Of a stretch of 64,000 nt of DNA, positions 1 to 12,239 are shown piece by piece. This stretch comes from Camelus dromedarius (Eukaryota), in the NCBI RefSeq assembly GCF_036321535.1, contig NC_087436.1, forward strand, positions 65,288,001-65,352,000, written 5' to 3'. Position 1 is the first letter of the stretch; the number at the start of each line of letters is the position of its first letter. A model generated the notes under the pieces. The model was given only the letters and a program-made list of their open reading frames with translations. It did no database searches and was not told the origin of the DNA. The position numbers and the translations under genes were made by a program.

Positions 1-401
1 AGTGATTGCTGTTGTGTAACTCTCAAAGAAAATTAAATACCCGTATCTTTACCCACCAGAGCATAGTCACCACTCATCTCTCCACCAGTTATTTTGGAAC
101 CAAATTGTTGGCTTTTTCTCTTTATCACCACTGGATAACATCTCTGCAGGTTTCCAGAGCTTTTACAACCAATCTGGGGTATAAAGGCAGTCTCTAATTT
201 AGGTATGAAGAATTTCAGTTCAATCTAAAGTTTAATCTCATAACTCATATACAGATTTTCCCTTTGTCCCTGGCCTGGGATTGATATTTTACAACAGGAA
301 TGGGGGAGGAAGTTATGTCTTTCTTGCTTCTCCTGAAGGGACATTGTAATCTGGCATTGTTGCCCTCTGTGTGATAGATAACCAAATATTGGTTAATTAT
401 T

Positions 402-763
402 TTATTTATTATTTATTATTTATTATTGGTTAATTATTTTATTTCATTTTATTTTTTAGTGTTAAAATGGTGATTTAATTAAATTAAGTTATACATGTAT
501 ACGTCTGTATGCATGTGTGTGTAACATCACAATATAAGCAGTAGTGGTAACAGAATCTTGGAGATACTAGCCCAGTTATTTTTCTTTTAAAAATTTTTTT
601 CTTTTCTGTGTGTGTGTGTGTGTATGTATATATATATATATAAATATATATATATAAATATATATATATAAATATATATATTTACTGAAATATAGTCAGT
701 TGTGTCAATTTCTACTGTACAGCATAATTATTCACTCTTACATTAACATACATATATTCATTT
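402..763 (-). mobile_element. 5'-truncated young L1 3' end (~681-763) with microsatellite-converted tail and probable 3'-transduced flank
   Basis: 681-763 matches the L1 3' terminus seen six times in this window (gaa-tatagtcag...tgtcaatttct..tgtacagcataat). 13-bp TSD ttggttaattatt at 389-401 (repeated at 426-438) and 764-776. Confidence 0.75.
607..680. repeat. (TG)n/(TA)n compound microsatellite
   Basis: Direct reading of the sequence. Confidence 0.95.
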
Positions 764-944
764 TTGGTTAATTATTGTAGGAACAATTAAATGCTGGTTA
801 CAGAATATAAGGAAATAAAGCTTTAGAAAAAAACATTTTGTCAGAAAAAAATCAAAATGACTCCTCTCCTATAATGAAATATCTGTAAGGGAAGGTCTCT
901 TCATATGTGTAAACTTCCTGGTCCAATCTGATACAATTATAGCA

Positions 945-1017
945 GTATAAACATTGTACACTTTAAACTTGCACAATGTTGTAAGTCAATTATTTCTCAG
1001 TAAAGGTGGAAAATAAA
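945..1017 (+). mobile_element. older L1 3'-terminal fragment
   Basis: tacactttaaacttgcacaatgttgtaagtcaattatttctcagtaaaggtggaaaataaa resembles the terminal motif of L1M-type 3' UTRs. Confidence 0.6.
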
Positions 1018-1569
1018 CCTCAGTATATCACAGAGTACATGATTTTGGGTGATATTTATGTTGGGATCTATCTCTATTTGGTGGGCCAAAGAACTTCTAA
1101 GCCTGGTAGAGAAGTAAGAGACCTCACACAGGCTGAATAATTCATACTACTAATACGTGACCCAGACAGCTATGCTAGAAGAACAGAGTGAACTCAATGA
1201 AGGAGAGACAAGGTAGTACTGGAAAACCATATGGAATAGGGAGGGTGCATCTGAAAAAGTTAGAGACAGCAGCAACAGGGAACTATTATGTTCTGTCAGC
1301 TGTAGATACTCTAAGAATGTCCTTGTTCTTGAACAGAATTTTGAGGTTAGACACTGTAGGTAACAGGAGATAACACTATGCAATGCTTCTTAATGTGTGC
1401 TTGAAATTTAGGAGTTTGTTGGTTTGCAAAGCTGGAAGAAAATCAGGTTTTAGAAATAATTTCTGTATTCTACTTCTCCAACTCTTTTGTTTCTTGTTCT
1501 TATTTTTAAAATAATGCCTGTCAGTGTCAGAATAATTACAGAACAGAAAAGATCACCTATAACCTGTTT

Positions 1570-2220
1570 ATCCAGATGTAAAGTTTGGGGATAATTTTAC
1601 TAATTTACTTTTCAGTATATTTTAAATATATTACAATCATAATATATATGAAATTATGTATTCTTCTCCATTTAGTTTTATATAAGAAACTACATTACTC
1701 AATATGTTTTCTGATATTCATAGCCATAAAATATCCTTTTTTAGGGTTATGCTTATAAAGATTTTCCTTCCTCTGTGCATATTATTTCTGTTATTTCCAA
1801 TTAATGTATACTAAATAAGACTGTTAAGAATCATTTAGTTAAAAGTTATTAGCATGTTTCTCAGACTGTCTCTGTGAGATAATTTCCTATAGGCGGAATT
1901 TCTGAGTCAAGAAAATAAACTTTTAGAGTTGGGATAAATTTGAGCAATTCTATCAGTCAAAACTCTGCCAACTTATTCTTCCACCTGGAGGGTAAAATAA
2001 TACTTTTTTCCCCAGACTTCTGTAAACCGGCTTTTCCTGTATAGGCTGCTATGATTTTAAACAACTTTATATGAGTTTACTCTGAAGGAAGGTGTCATCT
2101 TTGAAAATGGTTTTGAATTTGTGCATATTTCTCAATCATTTGAATTTCTTTCTTACTGAATTATGTATGTGTATCTTCGTCCATTTATTATTTAGGCTAT
2201 TGTATATCTCATCTAAGTTA
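1570..2220 (-). mobile_element. highly decayed ancient L1 (L1ME-like) remnant
   Basis: Motifs such as gataatttcctataggcggaatttctgagtcaag and ttgtgcatatttctc...tgtatcttcgtccattt resemble L1ME ORF2-end/3' UTR consensus; very diverged. Confidence 0.5.
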
Positions 2221-2225
2221 AAAAT

Positions 2226-4637
2226 AATAAGTAGTTCATTTGTGTCCTTTTTTTTTTTTTTTAGATTCCACATATAAGTGGCATCATATATCATATGGCA
2301 TTTTTCTTTCTCTTTCTGGCTTACCTCACTTAGAATAACAGTCTCCAGGTCCATCCACGTTGCTATAGATGACATTATTTTATTCTTTTTATGGCTGAGT
2401 AGTATTCCATTGTGTGTGTGTGTGTACGTACCACATCTTTATCCAGTCATCTGTTGATGGACATTTGGGTTGTCTCTATGTCTTGGTGTTGTACATAGCG
2501 CTGCTATGAACACTAATGTGCATGTATCTTTTTGAATTATATTTTCCTCCAGGTATATGCCCAGGAGTGGGATTGCTGGATCACATTCTGTCTATTTTTC
2601 ATTTTTTAAGGAACCTCCATACTGTCCTCCATATAGCTGCACTAATTTACATTCCCACCAACAGTGTAGGAGGGTGGTATTCTTTTTCTCCACACCTTCT
2701 CCAGCATTTATCATTTGTAAACTTTTCAATGAGGCCATTCTGGCTAGTGTGAGGTGGTATCTCATTGTAGATTTGATTTGCATTTCTCTAACAATTAGTG
2801 ATGTTGAGCATCTTTCCATGTGCTTGTTGGCCATCCGTCTGTCTTCTGTGGAGAGATGTCTATTTAGGTCTTCTGCCCATTTTTGGATTGAGTTGCAGTT
2901 TTTTGTTGTTGTTCTTATTTTTGATATTAAGATGTATGAGCTGTTTGTATATTTTGGAAATTAGTCCCTTGTTGGTCACATCATTTGCAAATATTTTCTC
3001 CCATTCTGTAGGTTGTCTTTTCTTTTTGTTGATGGTGTCCTTAGCTGTGCAAAAGCTTTTAAGTTTAATTAGGTCTCATTTATTTTTGCTTTTATTTCCA
3101 TTACTCCAGGAATTGATTCAAAAAATATATTGCTGTTATTTATATCCAAGAGTATACTGCCTTTGTTTTCTTCTAGGATTTTTGTAGTATCTGGTCTTAA
3201 ATTTAAGTCTTTAATCCATTTTGAATTTATTTTTGTTTATGTTGTTAGAGAATGTTCTGATGTCAGTCTTCTACAGGTAGCTGTCCAGTTTTTCTGGCAC
3301 CACTTATTGAAGAGGCTGTCTTTTCTCCATTGTATAGTCTTGCCTCATTTGTCATAGGTTAATTGGCCATAAGTGTGTGGATTTATTTCTGGATTTTTAT
3401 TCTGTTCCATTGATCTATGTGTCTGCTTTTGTGCAAGCACCATACTGTTTTGATTAATGTAGCTTTTCAGTATAATCTGAAGTCAGGGAGCATGAGTCCC
3501 CCAGCTCCATTCTTCTTTTTCAAGATTGTTTTGACTATTCAGGGTCTTTTGTGTTTCCATACAAATTTTACATTTTTTTGTTCCAGCTCTGTGAAAAATG
3601 TCATTGGTAATTTGATAGGGATTGCATTGAATCTGTATATTGCCTTGGGTAGTATGGCCATTTTAACGACACTGATTCTTCCAATCCAAGAACACAGTAT
3701 ATCTTCCCATTTGTTTATGTCATCTTCAATTTCTTTCATCAGTATCGTATAGTGTTTGGAGTAAAGGTCTTTTGCCTTCTTGGGTAGGTTTATTCCTAGG
3801 TATTTTATTCATTTTGATGCAATGGTAAATGGTATTCTTTCCTTAATTTCTTTTCCTATTTTATTGTTAGTATATACAAATGGAACTGATTTCTGTGTAG
3901 TAATTTTGTATCCTATAGCTTTACCATATTTATTGATGAGTTCTAGTAGTTTTCTGGTCGCTTCTTTAGGGTTTTCTATGTGTGGTATCATGTCATCTAC
4001 AAACAGTGACAGTTTTACTTCTTCGTTTCCGACTTGGATTCCTTTTGTTTCTCTTTCTTCTCTGATTTCCATAGCTAGGACTTCCAAAATTATGTTGAAT
4101 AAAAGTGGCGAAACTGGGTATCCTTGTCTTGTTCCTGATCTTAGAGGAAATGCTTTCACCTTTTCCCCATTGGCTATGATGTTAGCTGTGGGTTTGTCAT
4201 ATATGGTCTTTATTATGTGAAGTATATTCTGTCTATGCCCACTTTCTGTAGAGTTTTTGTCATAAATGGATGTTGAATTTTATCAAAAGTTTTTTCTGCA
4301 TCTATTGAGGTAATCATATGGTTTTTATTCTTCAGTTTGTTAATGTGGTGCATCATGTTGATAGATTTGTGGATATTGAAAAATCCCTGCATCCCTGGGA
4401 TAAATCCCACTTGATCATGATGTGTGATCCTCTTAATGCATTGTTGGAGTCGATTTGCTAGTATTCTGTTGAGGATTTTTACATCTATATTCATAAGTGA
4501 TATTGCCCTATAATTTTTTTTTTGATGTGTGTGATATTTGTGTCTGGTTTTGATATCAGGGTTATGATGGCCTGAAAATTTTCTTAAATTTACAGAGGCT
4601 GGCTTTATGGGCCAGCATGTGGTCAATTCTGGAGAAT
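2226..4637 (-). mobile_element. young but disrupted LINE-1: ORF2 RT and C-terminal domains plus partial 3' UTR; internally deleted, no terminal tail
   Basis: ORF-track peptides [49 protein letters not shown] (FADD-equivalent), [28 protein letters not shown] and LLHCWWECKLVQ are L1 ORF2 motifs, split across frames by stops and frameshifts. 4573-4637 translates to [20 protein letters not shown] (endonuclease domain). Confidence 0.97.
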
Positions 4638-4933
4638 TTTTAATTTTTTGTAAAACTTATGTGTGAAAACATCACCTTTTGCTATACAGTAAAAAATAAC
4701 TCAGGCTTTCATATTGCCTATTATCAGACTCTTTCCTGTTAGAAAGTAAATATAAAAAGTTCAGTTATTTTTCTTCAGGGAGATGATATGATTTGAATAT
4801 AAAATAACTTTATTTTCTGGTATTCTGAGTTAAGCATTCTAAAAAAAATGATTTTAATGCTAATATGTCTGAGAAGTCTCTCTAAAAGTCAGTGATTGGT
4901 TGGATGTTACCAATATTTACCTCTCTGATTCTC

Positions 4934-5617
4934 AGATTTTTTAAAACTATTTGTATATATATATTTATTGAAGTATAGTCAGTTTACAATGTTGTGACAA
5001 TTTCTGGTGTACAGCATAATGCTTCAGTTAGACATGAACATACATATATTTCTTTTCATATTCTTTTTCACCGTAAGTTACTATAAGGTATTGAATATAG
5101 TTCCCTGTGCTATACAGTATGAACTTGCTGTTTATCTATTATATATATATATATTAGTTAGTATCTGCAAATCTTTAACTCCCAATTTATCCCTTCCCAC
5201 CCCTTTTTCCCCTGGTAACCATAAGTTTGTTTTCTGTATCTGTGAGTTTGTTTCTGTTTTATAAATAGGTTTGTTTGTCTTATGATATTAAGTAATACCA
5301 TACATATATCATATGGTATTTTCTTTCTCTTTCTGGCTTACTTAGAATGACAATCTCTAGGTCCATCCATGTTGCTGCAGATGGCATTATTTTATTATTT
5401 TTTATGACTGAGTAGTGTTCCATTGTGTAAATATACCAAAATCTGGTTTTTTGAAAGAGTAAATAAAATTGACAACCTCTGACCAGGCTCACCAAGAATA
5501 AAAGAGAGAGGACACAAATAAACAAAATAAGAAATGACAATGGAGAAATTACAACCAACACCATAGAAATATAAAAAATTGTAAGAGAATACTGTGAACA
5601 ACTGTATGGCAAGAAAT
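4934..5617 (-). mobile_element. young L1 with 5' inversion (3' UTR on minus 4950-5436; ORF2 piece on plus ~5437-5617)
   Basis: Minus part is the L1 3' UTR. Plus part translates to KIWFFERVNKID..RLTKNKRERTQINKIRNDNGEITTNTIEI*KIVREYCEQLY (ORF2 linker). Flanked by tgattctc at 4926-4933 and 5618-5625. Confidence 0.9.
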
Positions 5618-8469
5618 TGATTCTCTGTTTTGTTTTTACTCTCCCTCCTTTTATTGTTATATGCTTATATAAAATTTATTTCTTCCATTAATTAATTTAC
5701 AGAGCTAGTTCCTGATCTGATCTATGATTTAGTCTTTTTTTGACGTAGGATAAACAAATTGGTGGCACAAGGACTTTGTCTGGTTGTGGGCATGTATTTT
5801 GTCATTGCTTTTCATTTCTTTGCCTGTTTTGGCATCAGAGTCATTTTTCTTCAAATTTCAATGCTATTACTGAGGACTTGTACATATTCTTTCTCACAGT
5901 CCCCTTGACTCTCTGTTGTCTTATGCTTGAGTCAGTGAATTCATATTACCTGCCTGTTTTCTATGGGTAGATGAATATTTAGCCCTTTTGTTAAGTTGAA
6001 TTTTCCCTTCCATTAATTACTCCATTACCAGCTCATTCTCTATCTCCCCTTCCTCAAAGTAACCAAGACTGAGTTTGTATCTCTTCCTCAGTTTTTTGGG
6101 GTGGTGACAGGATGGAAGATGGTCAGGGATTAACTAGATTGCAATAAGTTTAGCTTGAAAACTTTTTCTACCCCAGCTTCCCAGCCAAAGTTTACCCACA
6201 ATTTATTCCAAAATTTATTCCTCTGGATCTCACTGGTGATCAGTTTCATATTAACTTTGAGTTCTGAGTTACCTGTGATTTTACCTATCAGCATTATTCC
6301 ATTTCTTTTTGTTAAACCAAATCTGAATCTCCTTCTGCTTTATTGTTTGGTCACCTGGAAGTGATATACTTCAGGGTTTTTTTCCTTTGCTTTTATTAAT
6401 AATTTCAGATTATTAACTATTTCAAAGACTTCCAACAGTGGCAGTTTTGTAAATAAAAAACTAGAATACCTTTCTTCAACATTTCTTATTCTCACTTTAT
6501 ATCAATAGTTCTGTTTGTAGAGTGCTACCTCATTTCTACTAAATGTTCACACCATTGTCCTGTAATCCTATTGCTCAAAAAATCTGAATGTTACTACATT
6601 CTTTCCCAAAAATGGAAAGACAGGCTTCTATACTTAATGTCATTTTAAAGTTTTATAACTGAAAAATTAGAAAAATACTAAAAGGCTCTCAGATTTTAAA
6701 AGGCATCTCTGAAATATGCCTTGTGTGTTACCATGTTAGTACTAAGGCACTAGGCACAAGAATTTCTGAATTTTTTTTTTCTGTTCTAACCAAGGTACAC
6801 CCAGAGATAGATAAGAATAAACAAAAAATACTAGAGAGGAATCTTGAAATTTTTCAATGAATGGTAGAGACCTTCCTTTGAGATCAAAACAGAGATTCTG
6901 AATAATTTAACTCTGCATAACAAGAAAATCAAAGTTGGGAGTCTTTTGATCAATGCCCAAGACATGGGCTATAATTCTGTTGGCATTAAACAATGAGTTA
7001 CAGAAAGTTGATGGCTTTTTTACATTGCTCACATTGTAAGAATGGCAGAGACTTTTAATTATGAATTAATTATTAATTTACATGATTTAATATTTTTGAA
7101 CTGGTAAGTCTTATATATAAATGACATAATCAGACTGCTTAATTTTTTCTCCAGGAAATGTATTTTTCCTTCTTCTCTTAAACTCTACTATCTTTCTTTC
7201 CTGTCCAGTTGTCCAGAAAAGCGTGTCCGGAAACTAATACAGATTATTCTTGCTTAAAATCAGTTTTTTCAGCATCTTCTCAGAACCTGATATGCCTGTC
7301 ATCAATCATTACTTTGTTCTTATTAAATTATCTTGTTTAATCTTTTCCTTTTTTGTTTGTGTTATAAATACAATACCTTTAAAACAACTCTAAAAAACCT
7401 AGCTATATTAAAATGACAGCAGAATCTCAACAAAACAGCCCATAGGACTCAATGAATTTCACATGAAGTGATTTTCTCTGTGATAACATAGTGTTCCTCC
7501 CTCCTCTTGAGGCCCCTGGGGTTTGTTACGAGGGGCTTTGTTGTCTATTATATCAATGTAATTGCCAGATTGTAGCATCTCAGATTTATTTCTGTAGAAC
7601 ACTTGTCAGTGAGGACTGCCTTCATTTTCTGTTTTTCTCTGCTACTCAAAATTCAACACTCAGCCCGGAACAGAACAGGCTTTTTCTTCTGCTGATAATA
7701 GATGATATATAATCAAGAGCATCACAATCCCTGTTCTTCTTTATTTTTTATTTGATGTATTTTTTTTTTTCAGACTTGAATCCTATCTATAGAGAATGGA
7801 CTTCAGTGGGACAGTTAAAAAAAATCTATAATAGATGCAAAGAAAAAATGTTAAGAGATTTATGTTTTTCATAGGATGTGCAATATCTGTTGCTCTGGTT
7901 TTGGAGAGCAGGAGCTCACCTACTCTTGGGGAGATAATAGTGTTATGTCAATAATTTTTCTGTTACTTAATTTGTATGTGTGTCTTTGATTCTTTCTTCC
8001 TCCTGACCCTGTTGAGAATTGTTTATTCTGTGCCCCACGATGATGTGCACGGGTACTTGTCAGATTTGTCTACAAGCTAGCTGAGCCAGCCCTACAGATA
8101 AGAGTGAACACTGTCTCCCTTGTCAAATACGTCTATACATGGCTTTTGACCATTTGCTGCTGGTTCTTTATAGGGGGAAGCTTGAGTTACCTCCTTCTCT
8201 TGGATATGGATGGAACTAATTTCCTTTGGAAAAATTCAGTCCAAATAATTCTAACATTTCTCTCTTAACATTTCATCAGCCATGAAAGTACTCACTCATC
8301 TCCATCCTTTTAATAATTACTATTTTTTAGGGTGATATAATTCACTTCTCTAAAATAAACTTTTAAACTGTACAGTTCTGCATGCTTTTTTAAATTATAG
8401 GATTTTCACAAGGTTCATCATTGCTTTGCTGCCTGTATATCAACTATTTTTTCCCATTGTTGCTCTCTT

Positions 8470-8674
8470 ATTTATTATTATCATTATTTTTTAATGTGGT
8501 GATGTGGATTTTTTAAATCAAAGTATGGTCGATTTAAAATGTTGCAGTTTCTGGTGTACAGCAGAGTGATTCATATATATATACATTCCTTTTAATCTTC
8601 TTTTTTACTATAGACCATTCCAAGGTATTGAATCTCGTTCCTTATGCTATACAGTAGGATCTTGTTTATCTATT
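8470..8674 (-). mobile_element. 5'-truncated young L1 3' end
   Basis: Same L1 terminus family. 16-bp TSD ccattgttgctctctt (8454-8469) / ccattattgctctctt (8675-8690), one mismatch. Confidence 0.9.
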
Positions 8675-8739
8675 CCATTATTGCTCTCTTTACCAAAACG
8701 TGTCATTCTGCCTTCTGGAACCCACATTCTCAGCTATAA

Positions 8740-9782
8740 AATTCTCCCACAACCTGAAGTTTTCCGTATTCTTTGCCTCTCATTGCACTGACTGAAATCT
8801 AGCTATTTGCTAAGAGTGTAACTCCTATTACAGCTTCTTCATTATCGTGTATCTCACCTACATCAGTGCTAGGAAACGGATTATAGCCAATTCACTCCTG
8901 AATATAGTTTCAGGCTCATTACTGTTCCACCCTCATGTTAAAAGCATCTGTTCCTTTGAGTGTTATGCCATCTGGCTGTGCCTGTTCCTCCAACTACTCA
9001 ATTTTAGTCACTGTTATTTTACCATGTATATTATAACTCCCTCTCATTTACTGAAGAGTGTCGTACCTAGCATAAATGAGTCCTCTGCACTCCAAATTCA
9101 GCCATTATTCTCCTTGACTACCACATCCAAATGGACTATATATTCAGTGCCATACAACACAATACAGATTCTTTTTTCCACATGTTAAACAAACCCTCAG
9201 TGCTTTCTGCTAATTGTTCCATTTTCATACTTTCCTCTCTTCTCTACAAAACTATTGCAAACTGTTATCACTCTTTTCAAGCATGTAGTCAACCACCTCT
9301 TCACTTATTCTTGGTAGAAGTGTTGTTCCAGTACTTCAAAGAGGAAAACAGAAATAATCAAATAAAAAAGTTTTAAGCTCCTGATGCCACATTTAGAATA
9401 AAGCTGTATCTTAATATGACTTTGCCTCCTCTCTTTCCCACTTTCTTAGTGACAGTGATCCATTTTCTTTATCCCAACTCTCTCATACATTTTCAGTTTG
9501 TGCAGTCCTCTGTGTTGACATGTTACCATCTATTTAAAAGTGATCATATGTATGAAAACTTAAAAAGTACACATTTAAAAAGCTTAAACATAAAAAGCTT
9601 GCCTCAAATTCATATGCTATTCCACCAATTACTTTACCTGTTTTCCCCCTACACAGCCAAATTTATTCGTGACTGTTGTCTACTTTCACTCGTTTCAAAA
9701 ACTCCCAGTCATTCCCAAAGAATGGAAATCTCAAATTTTATTTCCACTATACAATTTATTAATACCTTTGAATAAAGCATTA
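8740..9782 (+). mobile_element. ancient L2 ORF2 remnant (continues at ~10170-10330 and ~11100-11270)
   Basis: cattgcactgactgaaatctagct, tcctttgagtgttatgccatc, tacttcaaagaggaaaacagaaataatca and, downstream, ctcctgagttccagaaccccatatct...aggtatctcaaactcaacat resemble successive parts of the L2 consensus. Confidence 0.6.
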
Positions 9783-9787
9783 TGCTT

Positions 9788-10155
9788 TGCCTTAATTGGA
9801 GCTGCTGTAATAAAAAATATAAACTGAGTGGCTTAAACAACAAACTTAGTTCTCACAGATTTGGAGGCTGGAAGTCAAGTTCTTGGTGAAGTTTCCAGAT
9901 TACTTCCTTCTCATACCCTCACATGAAGGGAGTGGGAGGGAAGGAGAGAGAGAGAGACAGTGGGAGAAAGGGAGAGACAGCCAGGGAGAAGGAGAGAGGA
10001 AGTTCTCTGTTGTCTCAAGACAGTAGTGTCATCACGAAGGCTCCACCCTCGTGACCTAATCACTTCTCAAATGCCCCATCTCCAGATATCATCATATTGG
10101 GAATTAGGGTTTCAACATATGAATTCCGGGGGACACAAACATTCCGTTTATAGCA
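9788..10155 (-). mobile_element. MaLR solo LTR, MLT1A-like
   Basis: TG...CA termini, 5-bp TSD tgctt (9783-9787 and 10156-10160), diagnostic ggctccaccctcgtgacctaatcac...ttagggtttcaacatatgaatt...gacacaaacatt. Confidence 0.92.
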
Positions 10156-10449
10156 TGCTTTATTCCAAAATATGTTTTTGTTACTAAAGGCAGTGAAATT
10201 TTTGAGACTGTTACAGTTTTTGCTTACTGTATTTTTGAGTAGCATCTGAATTATCAGTCTCTCCTTTTACCTGAGGCACTCTTTCATGATGTACATTTTG
10301 TTTTTTGTTTTCTGTGGCATGTCATTTCAAGGCTTAACTAAATGTTTCTCCTTCAGCCACTTTATTAATATTTGTGTGTTTTATGTATACCAGCTAGAAT
10401 TCTATTTCACGATATTAAAAACTCATGTTAAAATTAACTCAGTGATTAG

Positions 10450-10990
10450 AATGAATGTACTGGGTCACATAAGTAAAGAGACAAGCAGTAGGGCTGTTTA
10501 AGTGAAGTTTTAGAAAGTTCAAATAATATCATCAAGCACACCCTGATTATTTTTTTTCTTCTGTGCCTTCATTCTTCTTTTCTGTATAGTGTCAGTTTTC
10601 TTTTCAGGCTCCACATTGGGCCCCTTTACTCCAGCATCCTCAGAAAATACTCCTGAATCATATGTTGCAACGGCAGTTGTACAACTCAGTCCCACTACAC
10701 CATCCAGGGGAAGAGAATCTATTCCCATTTACATGAAAAACATGTCCGTTTCCCAGAGCCTCACAAATACCTTCTCATGACTCTTTGATCATGAGGGGCA
10801 GTGGTCATTGTATATAAGGAAAAGAGATACCCTGATTGGTTTAGCTAGAGAAAGGCCACCCCTGGAGCTTTAGGTAGAGCTAAACCCATGGAAACCAGGT
10901 TGAAGGCTGAGGCATATTTCCAGATTGCAGTTATTATAATCATTTATCAAGCAAAAGGCAAATAAATATTTAGAGTACATAAAATGGTAA
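10450..10990 (-). mobile_element. old MaLR LTR (MLT1J/K/L-like)
   Basis: ccctgattggtttagctag...ccacccctggagct...ggtagag motif; diverged. Confidence 0.55.
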
Positions 10991-11274
10991 AATGCATCTA
11001 CTATAAAGAGATTTTGTTTTCAAAACTCTTGTTTATGCTGTGAATTCCGTGTGGATAATAGCATATATTCCCAAGTTTCAGTGATCATTTCAGCAGTTTA
11101 TGCCCAAACCTTGTATTACGTGCCTGAATTTTTCTCCTGAGTTCCAGAACCCCATATCTACTTGGACATGTTGCCAGGCATCTTCACTAAATCATTATAC
11201 AGGTATCTCAAACTCAACATACTAAACTTTTATTTTCTACTCCAAAATTCCCTTGTTCTCTGAATCTCTTTAGT

Positions 11275-11645
11275 ACTGATAAGATTCGCTAGAGGAGATC
11301 AAATAATCCAAATTTCAGTGATTTGAGGCAATCATTGTTTTCCCACAGTTTACGAGGTTTGCAGGTTGCCTTCAGATCTGGAGGGCAGACCTGCTTAGAC
11401 TGTTTATTGCTCTACCTGCCATCTCACCTGGAGCTCAGACTAAGAAGGGGCTCTCATGTGAGACAGGCCAATTTTTATGTCAAAGTAGGGAGATGAACCA
11501 TGCAGTTGTATTTAAAGCTTTTTCTTGGACACAACCATATCAAACATACTCCTTTTTATACAACCAAGGCAACTTATAGGGACAAGTTTATATTAAAAGA
11601 GAGGGAGGTAAAAGTGAAAATTACAAGAATAATACAACATCCCAT
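11275..11645 (-). mobile_element. old MaLR LTR (MLT1H/I-like)
   Basis: caaataatccaaatttcagtgattt, atttaaagctttttcttgga and accaaggcaacttataggga motifs; diverged. Confidence 0.5.
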
Positions 11646-11734
11646 AACTTTCTGTTTGCCCAAAATGGAAACATAATAATTATTTTCTCTCATTTATTAT
11701 CCATGTAAAGGATAAAGCACTGAGACCTCTAGAC

Positions 11735-11942
11735 CATCACTGTCCCTTAGAACACTGTGATGATGAGAATGATTTGTAATATGTATTCTCCAATAGGGTA
11801 GCTATTAACCACATGTAGCTATTAAGACTTGAAACACTGTAGTGATTAGGGAATTGAATTTTTAGTTTTGTCTTAACTTTAATTAATTTAAATTCACTAA
11901 ATAGCCACATGTGGCTAGTGGCTACAATATTAGACAGCATAT
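11735..11942 (+). mobile_element. MER3-type hAT-Charlie non-autonomous DNA transposon
   Basis: Internal taaatagccacatgtggctagtggctacaatattagacagca and its inverted partner; 8-bp TSD ctctagac (11727-11734) / ctctaaac (11943-11950). Confidence 0.9.
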
Positions 11943-12239
11943 CTCTAAACTCTATTACCTGAAAAACTCAAACTTTCAGGATTTCTTCAATCTTCACTTT
12001 ACTTTCTTTTTTTTCACTTACCAATCCCTCAGTTGGGTGGAAAAGCTTAATTTTGTTCAATTTTGGGTGTTGCTACAGCAAGTTTCCTAAGGAGATTTTA
12101 GAGTATCCTGTTCGGTCACTTGATTGTTTTTTGTTGTTGTTGCTGTTGTTTGAGGTGGGTGTATGTTAAATTGTTAAATTATTTTCCATGTGATTACCCA
12201 CTAAGATAATCAGAATCTCTTCTGTCTTCTGTCACTTCT

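Noticed and set aside
2516..4220. Several long hydrophobic plus-strand ORFs (up to 146 aa)
   Set aside because: They are antisense reads of L1 ORF2; similar peptides recur at 49170-49913 and 54084-56727 for the same reason.
2226..5617. Idea that the two neighbouring L1s are one shuffled element, since the second holds the 3' end and linker piece the first lacks
   Set aside because: They overlap by ~140 bp of diverged 3' UTR, are separated by ~300 bp of other sequence, and the second has its own flanking repeat; independent insertions are simpler.
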